Translations under genes and position numbers: made by a program
Source: an uncultured SAR86 cluster bacterium
Lineage (GTDB): Bacteria > Pseudomonadota > Gammaproteobacteria > Magnimaribacterales > TMED112
DNA length: 64,000 nt
Direction of reading: 5' to 3'
Assembly (NCBI GenBank): GCA_902579195.1
Contig: CACHFV010000003.1
Location: forward strand, 20,877-84,876
In this document: one piece after another, positions 56,868 through 64,000 of the stretch
How the letters are laid out: the number at the start of each line of letters is the position of its first letter
How positions within the stretch are numbered: position 1 is the stretch's first letter
Notes under the pieces: model-generated
What the model saw: only the letters and a program-made list of their open reading frames with translations
Told to the model about the DNA's origin: nothing
Databases searched by the model: none

Positions 56868-57995
56868 TTGGAAATACAAATAACACAAGATTTAGTCAGA
56901 ATGGAATCAGTGACACCAAACGATGGTGGCTGTTTGGACTACATATCATCAAAGTTGGCTGCTCAAGGTTTTGTTAATGAAACATTGACCTACGGGAGAG
57001 TAAAAAACCTCTGGAGCGTCATTGATAATGGTGGACCACTTTTAGTTTTTGCCGGACATGTCGATGTTGTGCCATCTGGTCCAATTGATAAGTGGGAGCA
57101 TGACCCCTTCTCAGGTCACAACGATGGTGAATTTATTCACGGACGTGGCACTGGCGATATGAAAGGAGGCATCGCATGTTTTTTAGCAGCGCTTCAAAGA
57201 CTAAATGCCAAAGATTTAAATTATTCACTGGCTTTTTTAATCACGGCTGATGAAGAAGGCCCATCTAAGGATGGCACAGTCAAAGTTGTTGAAGAACTAC
57301 AAAAACGAGGGCAAAAAATTGATTATTGCCTCATAGGCGAACCATCAACCATTGAAAACGTTGGTGACAATGTGCGCATTGGCAGACGAGGCTCAGTCAA
57401 TATCAATCTTGAGGTCAAAGGCAAGCAAGGTCATGCGGCTTATCCAGATAAAGTGATTAACCCAATTCACAAAATTAGTGGCTTTCTGAAAAAGGTTACT
57501 GAGGAAGTTTGGGACAATGGCAACGAACATTTTCCTCCAACATCTCTACAGCTTACTAATATTACTGCGGGTGTTGGTGCCCACAATGTTACCCCCAACA
57601 ACCTTTACCTAAAATTTAATCTAAGGTTCTCACCAGAGATCACAGCTGACCACATCAAAGAAAAAATTACTGCCATGCTTGCGGAGGAAGATGTTGAATA
57701 TGAGATTGATTTTGATATCAGTGCCCTCCCATATTACTCCAACCCTGCGCTATTCACTGAGGTGGTCAAGCAAAGCATAAAAAAATCTCAGGGACTAGAG
57801 ACTCAACTAAGCTGTACAGGTGGTACTTCTGATGGCAGGTTCTTAGCTAGGACGGGGGCAGAGATTATTGAGCTGGGACCAAAATATGAAACTATCCATA
57901 AAATAAATGAAAGGGTTGAAGTAAAAGAATTGGAACGATTAACAGACATTTACCATCAAATACTTTTAAATCTCTATGAGAAGACAAAAGTATGA
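56868..57995 (+). CDS. dapE: Succinyl-diaminopimelate desuccinylase
   Basis: FAGHVDVVP, GRGTGDMKGG, ITADEEG, CLIGEPS and GGTSDGRF are colinear with E. coli DapE. TTG start at 56868. Confidence 0.92.
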   Translation: MEIQITQDLVRMESVTPNDGGCLDYISSKLAAQGFVNETLTYGRVKNLWSVIDNGGPLLVFAGHVDVVPSGPIDKWEHDPFSGHNDGEFIHGRGTGDMKGGIACFLAALQRLNAKDLNYSLAFLITADEEGPSKDGTVKVVEELQKRGQKIDYCLIGEPSTIENVGDNVRIGRRGSVNINLEVKGKQGHAAYPDKVINPIHKISGFLKKVTEEVWDNGNEHFPPTSLQLTNITAGVGAHNVTPNNLYLKFNLRFSPEITADHIKEKITAMLAEEDVEYEIDFDISALPYYSNPALFTEVVKQSIKKSQGLETQLSCTGGTSDGRFLARTGAEIIELGPKYETIHKINERVEVKELERLTDIYHQILLNLYEKTKV

Positions 57996-58022
57996 AACTT
58001 TGTATAGAATAGACACAATCAA

Positions 58023-59606
58023 ATGAGCATTAAAAAACTTACAGCACTATTTGCCCTACTAGCCTTAGCAGCATGCGATGTTGAGAAGGAAGAACTAGAA
58101 ACACTCACACTTGAATTGAACGCAAGCTCAGAAGACATTGATTATGGCACAACTGTCACTTTGTCTTGGTCATCAAATGCTAGCCAATGTTATACCTCTG
58201 GAGCCTATTGGAGTGGTGAAAGACCGACTACTGGTACTGAAGATTTTGATATCAAGCGTGGCGGTCCAGCTGTCTTTATTATGGAGTGTCGCAGAAACAA
58301 TGAATTCATTAACCAGGCTGTTGAAATTAATGTCAACAAGACCCTAGCCAATAACTTTATCTTTGACGTGCAAGGTGAAGTCGACTTTACTGTCGATTAT
58401 CCTGCTGGCACACAACCAAGAGTCACAGGTTTAACTCGAGGCGACTTCAATGATGATAATATCGCGGACACATTCATTGGCGTTGAATATCGAGATATCG
58501 CAACTGAAGCGTTGGTTGATGTTGGTTTTTATCAAATTACCGGTGGTGCTATCCCGGTGGTGCTTGAAGTTGATGCGCAAGGATGCCAAGGCACATACCA
58601 ATTAGTATCGACCGATTATGATTCTGATGGCTTCTCTGATGTGATCAGCAGCTCATCAGATCAAAAACGTTTAACCGAACAAACTCACTTATGCATATTT
58701 AAAGGTGCAGGCACAGGCCTTGCCTATGATCCTGAGTTCATTACCAATGAAACAACTCTTGATTTAGCTAATCCTGATGTGAGGTTCATGATTCTGTCTG
58801 ATAGAAACAATGATTTAGTGCCTGATTTCTATATGCTGACAGGTACCAATGAATATTGGATTGAAAGAGGCATCGAAGATGCACCCAAGTTTGAAGAATT
58901 TTCTTACGACAACACTGCCATTACAGACAGAACTATTACAGCAGGCACAACCATAGACTTTGACTCGGATTCAAACGTGGACATTGTGCTCGCAACTGTC
59001 AATGCCAATGGCGATGCCGAATATGTCACTGTCCCAAGATCGGGCGATGGCACCAACTGGAACGAAGCTGTTGTTGTGTCCAATACACCTTTTACTAAAG
59101 CCATGATACCAATCGACTTTGATAGAGACAGCACACCTGACCTCTTGATCATGGGTGATGAGACTGCTTTTGATGGCTTCAATACCGATGCCACCAATAC
59201 TTTAAAAATTCTTGAAAGTGAGGAAACAAATCTGTTTGATGTACAAACTGATATCACCTTTACTAAGCAAGGCACTGCCTCACTAAACAGACACATCTTA
59301 AACTTAGACTTCGATGTTGACTTTGATGGCGGAGATCTCTTGTTCACCTTTGACGAATTTGGTGACATCACAGCCAATTTTTTAATTGCTGAAAAACAAG
59401 AAATCACCAATGATGACGATTCAACATCTTATGAATTTGTTACAGTGGATGATGAAGAATTAGGGATTGCCAACTTTGACTATAGCAATGCCTATGTCAT
59501 CTGGACAGATCTTAACTTAGATTTCGATGTCGATGCCATTGTGATTGATCATCTAGCTGACACTAACCAGCTAAATTTCTATATACGTCAGAATCAATCA
59601 AACTAA
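58023..59606 (+). CDS. Lipoprotein with an N-terminal Ig-like module and a seven-repeat FG-GAP/integrin-alpha-like beta-propeller
   Basis: Lipobox LALAAC. An N-terminal ~90-aa module (VTLSWSSNASQCYTSGAYWSGERP). Seven Asp-rich Ca-loop-like repeats: GDFNDDNIADTFIG, TDYDSDGFSDVISS, SDRNNDLVPDFYML, IDFDSDSNVDIVLA, IDFDRDSTPDLLIM, LDFDVDFDGGDLLF and TDLNLDFDVDAIVI. Confidence 0.6.
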   Translation: MSIKKLTALFALLALAACDVEKEELETLTLELNASSEDIDYGTTVTLSWSSNASQCYTSGAYWSGERPTTGTEDFDIKRGGPAVFIMECRRNNEFINQAVEINVNKTLANNFIFDVQGEVDFTVDYPAGTQPRVTGLTRGDFNDDNIADTFIGVEYRDIATEALVDVGFYQITGGAIPVVLEVDAQGCQGTYQLVSTDYDSDGFSDVISSSSDQKRLTEQTHLCIFKGAGTGLAYDPEFITNETTLDLANPDVRFMILSDRNNDLVPDFYMLTGTNEYWIERGIEDAPKFEEFSYDNTAITDRTITAGTTIDFDSDSNVDIVLATVNANGDAEYVTVPRSGDGTNWNEAVVVSNTPFTKAMIPIDFDRDSTPDLLIMGDETAFDGFNTDATNTLKILESEETNLFDVQTDITFTKQGTASLNRHILNLDFDVDFDGGDLLFTFDEFGDITANFLIAEKQEITNDDDSTSYEFVTVDDEELGIANFDYSNAYVIWTDLNLDFDVDAIVIDHLADTNQLNFYIRQNQSN

Positions 59607-59637
59607 TTTCCAAGAAACCTACTTGATTTTGCTCGTC

Positions 59638-60060
59638 TTATTTAAACTCAGCTATGCACTCAAGCTCAAGTGAAGCACCTAGGGCAAGACCATCTGCTCC
59701 TAATGCACTACGAGCTGGATAAGGTTTCTTAAAATATTGGGTGTAAACAGAATTGAATTTACCCCATTCACCAACATCATCTAGGAATACTGTGCATTTC
59801 ACAACATCAGCAAAAGATAAATCATATGCGGCAAGTACTGCTTTCATTTGCTTAAAGATATCATGTGTCTCAATAACTAAATCCCCTATAGTTTCATCAC
59901 TACCAACCATTCCAGACATAAACAATAAATTTCCAACCTTAACTGCATCACTAAAAGGATAATTATTCTCTTCAGTTGAAGGCATAACCAGCCTATCAGA
60001 TTGATTTGCACATAGACCGAATGTTAAAAATATCAGTGTTAGTATTACCATATGTTTCAT
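59638..60060 (-). CDS. RidA/YjgF/L-PSP family protein with N-terminal signal peptide
   Basis: FSDAVKVGNLLFMSGMVG...VVKCTVFL.D...F..N.VY..YF....PARSA......L......ELECIA is the RidA fold pattern. ATG 60060 (MKHMVILTLIFLTFGLCA) has AGGAG 8 nt upstream. The ORF-track start at 60081 falls just after the predicted -10. Confidence 0.8.
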   Translation of the reverse strand: MKHMVILTLIFLTFGLCANQSDRLVMPSTEENNYPFSDAVKVGNLLFMSGMVGSDETIGDLVIETHDIFKQMKAVLAAYDLSFADVVKCTVFLDDVGEWGKFNSVYTQYFKKPYPARSALGADGLALGASLELECIAEFK

Positions 60061-60081
60061 AAAAAAATCTCCTACACCCAT

Positions 60082-60110
60082 ATTAAAAACCTAAATAACA
60101 ACACCTTCAA
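60082..60110 (-). promoter_or_regulatory. Putative sigma70 promoter of the RidA-like gene
   Basis: The reverse strand reads TTGAAG (60110-60105), a 17-nt spacer, then TTTAAT (60087-60082). AGGAG (60073-60069) and ATG 60060 follow. Confidence 0.5.
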
Positions 60111-60115
60111 GAAGT

Positions 60116-60143
60116 AAAAAAAAAGGGCGGTCATTAAACCGCC
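60116..60143 (-). terminator. Rho-independent terminator of the POT transporter gene
   Basis: The reverse strand reads GGGCGGT-TTAATG-ACCGCCC followed by TTTTTTTT. It lies 21 nt downstream of the stop at 60165. Confidence 0.85.
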
Positions 60144-60164
60144 CTATTTAAGCTTATATTAAAT

Positions 60165-61700
60165 CTAGGTTTTCTTAGCTTTAGCTATTTCTGCCGATTT
60201 GGCGATACCAAAGACAGCCACTGCTATTAAGGCCAAGCCAATCACCACGTAGTACTGAATCATGAATTCAAATACTGGTGAAATACTTTCAAGACCTGAA
60301 TCAAGCGCCTCGCCACCTAGTAGTCCAGCTAAAACACCACCAATTGCTGATGCTAAGAACCATAAGCCAAACATTTGACCGATGTACTTCTTAGGAGCGT
60401 ATTGTGAAAATGCTGAGAGACCTATTGGTGATAATGCCAGCTCACCCCATGTCTGTAGCAAGTAAGTGATAACTAACCACTGCACGCCAACTGGGCTTAC
60501 TTCCATTGCTAAGTTCACTGCATAAATCATGACCACAAAACTCAAAGCCATAAAGAACAGACCGATGGCAAACTTAACTGGTAATGATGGGTCAAGGTTC
60601 ATGCGACCAAGATGCATCCAGATTCCCGCAAAGATTGGTGCAAAAATAACCACAAATATTGGGTTTGCAAATTGAAGCCATCCAATAGGAAATCCCTCTT
60701 CCATTCCAAAGCTACCTGAAAGACCATTAAGAGTAAGATCTGTGTAATCTCGAGCAAAGATGCTTAATGAACTTGCTGACTGATCGAAGCCTGACCAGAA
60801 GGCTGCGGCTCCAACAAACAGAATTAATAGCAAGAAGACATTTTTCTTTTCTGTAGCTGATAAGCCGGCAAACAAGAATAAGTAAACAAAATAAACTGCT
60901 GCCACTGCTGTTAAGAAATAGGCAAAGTTTTCAGCAAAAGCTCTTGGCTCTACAGTGATGATGCCCAGCAAACCAAGCGCTATAACAATCACCATTAAAC
61001 CAGCTGTAATTTTTGACCATTTAATATATGAATCTCTTTGAACTTGTGGCATATCGTTTGGCTTATTGCCAGCCTCACCCAATAAATGTTTAAAGTTAAT
61101 GTACTGCAGCACACCAAAAAACATTCCGACACCTGCTGCACCAAAGCCCCAATGCCAGCCAATTTTTTCACCCAACCATGAACAGATTAAGAACCCTAAA
61201 GTAGATCCAATGTTGATGGACATGTAGAAAATTGTGTAGCCTGCTTGGACTCTTGAGTCGCCTGGTTTATAGAGCTGACCTACTATTGTGGAGATATTCC
61301 CCTTCAACAGACCAGTGCCCAGCACCACCAGAATTAGCCCTAAGAAGAAGGTTTCCGTGAGCGGTATTGCTAAGGTAAAGTGCCCCAGGGCTATGATAAT
61401 AGCTCCAATCAGGACCGCTTTTTGATGCCCTAAGACATTGTCAGCAAGCCAGCCTCCAGGAATCACCATAAAATAAACCATTCCCACATAGATGCCGTAA
61501 ATTGCTTGTGCATCAACTTGAGACCAGCCTAAACCAGGGTTAAATCCTGTAACTGCTCCAGTCATATAGAGAACTAATAAAGCTCTCATTCCATAATATG
61601 ACATTCTCTCCCACATCTCAGTGAAGAATAATGTCACCATACCTTTGGGATGGCCAAAAAACCATGTATCGTTAGTTGTAAGATTTTTTTGATTACTCAT
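60165..61700 (-). CDS. Proton-dependent oligopeptide transporter (POT/PTR2 family, DtpT/DtpA-like)
   Basis: The PTR2 signature FFTEMWERMSYYGMRALLVLYM (ExxERFxYYG motif). About 14 predicted TM segments. 511 aa. Confidence 0.9.
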   Translation of the reverse strand: MSNQKNLTTNDTWFFGHPKGMVTLFFTEMWERMSYYGMRALLVLYMTGAVTGFNPGLGWSQVDAQAIYGIYVGMVYFMVIPGGWLADNVLGHQKAVLIGAIIIALGHFTLAIPLTETFFLGLILVVLGTGLLKGNISTIVGQLYKPGDSRVQAGYTIFYMSINIGSTLGFLICSWLGEKIGWHWGFGAAGVGMFFGVLQYINFKHLLGEAGNKPNDMPQVQRDSYIKWSKITAGLMVIVIALGLLGIITVEPRAFAENFAYFLTAVAAVYFVYLFLFAGLSATEKKNVFLLLILFVGAAAFWSGFDQSASSLSIFARDYTDLTLNGLSGSFGMEEGFPIGWLQFANPIFVVIFAPIFAGIWMHLGRMNLDPSLPVKFAIGLFFMALSFVVMIYAVNLAMEVSPVGVQWLVITYLLQTWGELALSPIGLSAFSQYAPKKYIGQMFGLWFLASAIGGVLAGLLGGEALDSGLESISPVFEFMIQYYVVIGLALIAVAVFGIAKSAEIAKAKKT

Positions 61701-61749
61701 TTAAGATTCTTAATTGATTTGTATAAATTAAAACTTACATTATCACAAA

Positions 61750-62175
61750 ATGAATACTAAATTTACTTATCCAGGAATTTTTACACGCTTGATGTCATTC
61801 AGTTATGACCTGCTTTTAGTGATGGCCGTCTGGTTTTTATTTGGATTTATCTTTCTTGGGCTATTCAAAACCTTTGCCGAGGCAGATTTTTTTCCTCCAG
61901 AGTTCGGTATTTTAATTATTGGGCTCTCAACTGCTGGATACTATGGCTTCTTCTGGTCAAATGGCAGAAATACACTGGGAATGAATACTTGGAAGCATCG
62001 ATTGATTGCCGATAACGGCGCAAAAATATCTTTTAGCCTTGCGCTAAAAAGATTGGGCCTATCAATAATCTTAAATGCCATCAGCTTTATTTACATTCTG
62101 ATTGATAAAGAAAATAGATCTTTGGTTGATAAGATTTTAGGTCTCAGGGTTGTTAAAAAAATAGCCTCTTTCTAA
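61750..62175 (+). CDS. RDD-family small membrane protein
   Basis: 141 aa. GIFTRLMSFSYDLLLV then 2-3 TM helices, with the GMNTWKHRLI motif region typical of RDD-domain proteins. Recognised by eye only. Confidence 0.5.
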   Translation: MNTKFTYPGIFTRLMSFSYDLLLVMAVWFLFGFIFLGLFKTFAEADFFPPEFGILIIGLSTAGYYGFFWSNGRNTLGMNTWKHRLIADNGAKISFSLALKRLGLSIILNAISFIYILIDKENRSLVDKILGLRVVKKIASF

Positions 62176-63061
62176 TCGAGAAATAAACAATCACCAACAA
62201 TATTGGGAAGCCCTGTAAATAAAATGGCAAACCAAAAACAGAAATAGAATCAGCGACAAGCGATTCAATAAAGTTATAGATTAGGCAAACACCAAAACTA
62301 TAAATTAGTATTCTGTTGATATTCATATTCCTATTATAAAACAGCAGCATTTCCAGACCGAAGAGAAAAATAATGAAATAGGAAAGATAGTTTGTTGCAC
62401 GCCTTACCATTTCTGTTTTAACAACAAGATTAAAGTTTTCAAATTTTGATTGAGCGTTTGTTGCTAGCTGGCTGAAGCTTAAGTACTTAAGATTGGCATT
62501 GTAATTTAGATTATTGAAGCTATTGGATAGCTCATCTTTTATAGCTAACTCGCCTACATCATTAAATGTGACCGAAGTACCTTCTGAAACCATGAGATAC
62601 TCATTATTTTCTAATTTCCTGATTTCTATCATCACTGGCTCTTCTTGAGGCTTGGATGAAAGTAGGATTTTTCTATCAGCCTCTGCCTCGCGCGTTAATT
62701 CAGGCACCAAATACTCGTAGGCTAGGATATTTGTGACAGCAATTGGAGCAAAAACCAATGCTGAGAGCATAATTTTATTCAATCCTGCTTGCCGCGCTGT
62801 GTTAAAGGCACGAATAAAATTTTTATCGACAAAAAGAGATAGAAAACCTACAACAAAACACAAATAGACAAATTCACGCATACGATAAGGTTCAGTTTTA
62901 AGAAGGTAAATAATCAAGTCTTGGTAAGTGTAATTGTCATTTACATCTTCCATCTCTGAGAAAAAATTAAATGAAAAATCTATGGCGCCTAGAATTAGAA
63001 AGACTCCCAAAAATGAGTACAACGCTTTTGTAAAAATATATCTAAATACCTTCATACCCAA
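62153..63061 (-). CDS. lptG: LPS export ABC transporter permease LptG (YjgP/YjgQ family), short form
   Basis: N-terminus FRYIFTKALYSFLGVFLILGAIDFSFNFF (E. coli LptG LDRYIGKTIFTTIMMTLFMLVSL...). A periplasmic beta-jellyroll segment lies between TM3 and TM4. It follows lptF with an overlap. Confidence 0.7.
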   Translation of the reverse strand: MGMKVFRYIFTKALYSFLGVFLILGAIDFSFNFFSEMEDVNDNYTYQDLIIYLLKTEPYRMREFVYLCFVVGFLSLFVDKNFIRAFNTARQAGLNKIMLSALVFAPIAVTNILAYEYLVPELTREAEADRKILLSSKPQEEPVMIEIRKLENNEYLMVSEGTSVTFNDVGELAIKDELSNSFNNLNYNANLKYLSFSQLATNAQSKFENFNLVVKTEMVRRATNYLSYFIIFLFGLEMLLFYNRNMNINRILIYSFGVCLIYNFIESLVADSISVFGLPFYLQGFPILLVIVYFSIRKRLFF

Positions 63062-64000
63062 ATGCTCTTTTAATAGGCTTGAACAACATCAAAATTGCTA
63101 TTATCAGAAATAAATCATGCATCCAAAAAAAGTTAAATACTAAGTAGCTTGAGCTTATGGGCTCAGTATCAAAAGCTGAAAGCGTTACCAATAAATAAAA
63201 AATGTTGACTACAGCTAAGAAAAAGTATGTTCTTTCTCTGCCAAAGAATGAACTGTAGCTTGAGAAGACAATAGAAAAGAACAGGGAAACAATACAAAAA
63301 AATGGCAGTGATAACCTTGTGAATAATTCCTTTAAATCCTCAAGATTGGTGCTTCTTAATAGTTTTAAGGTTGAGGCATAGGGCACATCTTTGTAGCCAT
63401 CGATGGGTATATTCGCCTCAGCAAATTTTGAGATAATGTTTCTGTCTTTGTCATATAAAAAGCCATCTTTGAGGTTCAGATTGGGATTTTCGAGATCCCC
63501 CACTATTGACCCTGTCTTGCCGTAGATAAACCTATTCAAAGATTGTGAATCAACAAATATGAGTTCTTCATACCCTTCCTCACTCTTTGAGCCAAAAGCA
63601 TTCAAAGTGCTGGGTTGCAAAGCAACAAGACCATTGGGAGTTGCTATTTTAGAGGCAAAAGAGTTATCTCGGTCCAGTAAATTATCACCTTGCGTCGTAA
63701 AGTATGGCGACAAGAAAGCACTAATAAAGAGTGAGGTGACAAAAATGCCAGCAAACACCCATTTTTGACTCCAAACTATTTTTAGATTTGTTAAATTGCC
63801 AGACTCGAAGACTGTCTGATGGTTCTTAAATAGTGGGGTAAGCACAAAACCAACGGCCAAAGATATGCTTAAGGGAAAGACAATATTTATTAATTCTGGT
63901 GTAAATAAAGCCATCGCAATAAGGATATTTTCGGCGGAAATCTTGCCTGCTTCTGCTTGTCCAAGAAAATTATTAAAACGAGAAAATAAAACTAATCCAA
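63042..64000 (-). CDS. lptF: LPS export ABC transporter permease LptF (N-terminus beyond window end)
   Basis: The reading frame stays open upstream of the ORF-track ATG (63914) to the window edge: ...GLVLFSRFNNFLGQAEAGKISAENILIAMALFTPELINIVFPLSISLAV. This matches E. coli LptF [41 protein letters not shown]. Confidence 0.65.
   Translation of the reverse strand, partial: GLVLFSRFNNFLGQAEAGKISAENILIAMALFTPELINIVFPLSISLAVGFVLTPLFKNHQTVFESGNLTNLKIVWSQKWVFAGIFVTSLFISAFLSPYFTTQGDNLLDRDNSFASKIATPNGLVALQPSTLNAFGSKSEEGYEELIFVDSQSLNRFIYGKTGSIVGDLENPNLNLKDGFLYDKDRNIISKFAEANIPIDGYKDVPYASTLKLLRSTNLEDLKELFTRLSLPFFCIVSLFFSIVFSSYSSFFGRERTYFFLAVVNIFYLLVTLSAFDTEPISSSYLVFNFFWMHDLFLIIAILMLFKPIKRAFGYEGI

Noticed and set aside
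58904-59410. 168-aa reverse-strand ORF inside the FG-GAP lipoprotein gene
   Set aside because: It is an antisense frame of the most GC-rich gene. The product is Ser/Val/Lys-rich and low in complexity. The sense frame carries the periodic seven-repeat structure and a lipoprotein signal.

Overview
This window is a 64-kb, almost gap-free coding stretch of an AT-rich, apparently streamlined gammaproteobacterial chromosome. The organism cannot be identified from the sequence alone. Gene order resembles the Pseudomonas-type core.

I call about 70 protein genes, 4 tRNAs (Gln-UUG, elongator Met-CAU, initiator Met, Leu-GAG) and the RNase P RNA. Most content is housekeeping:
- ftsZ (partial), rnpB, rsmI and an lpoA-like gene
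- sspA-petCBA-rpsI-rplM and a degS-like protease
- murA-mlaC and kdsD-lptA-lptB-mgtE
- yhdP-like plus mreDCB, and gatCAB
- hemA-prfA-prmC
- lolB-ispE-tRNAGln-prs-rplY-pth-ychF
- pnp-rpsO-truB-rbfA-infB-nusA-rimP-tRNAfMet
- secG-tpiA-glmM-ftsH-rlmE-greA-carBA
- map-dapD-dapE and lptFG

I saw no CRISPR array, transposase, integrase, prophage or recognisable defence genes.

Non-core material sits in three places, and these are the best candidates for something undescribed:
1. A five-gene, translationally coupled block is appended to hemA-prfA-prmC (20427-25482). It encodes a GH84-like glycosidase, an acyl-CoA synthetase, a MaoC hydratase, an exported paraoxonase-like lipoprotein and an exported MBL hydrolase.
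2. Two tandem, paralogous ~75-aa two-helix membrane proteins lie next to tRNA-Met (33244-33803). They have their own promoter-like region, a palindrome and an internal hairpin.
3. An aminotransferase-GtrA-FAD oxidase unit faces a divergent amidinotransferase-fold gene (33918-37799). The aminotransferase carries a four-Cys insertion.

A seven-repeat FG-GAP lipoprotein lies in a somewhat GC-richer block (55.2-62.2 kb).

Genome compaction is extreme. Divergent genes share or overlap start codons, convergent genes overlap at their stops, and stable-RNA genes abut the start codons of ftsZ and rimP.

All functional assignments come from motif recognition by eye and from synteny. No database search was possible.
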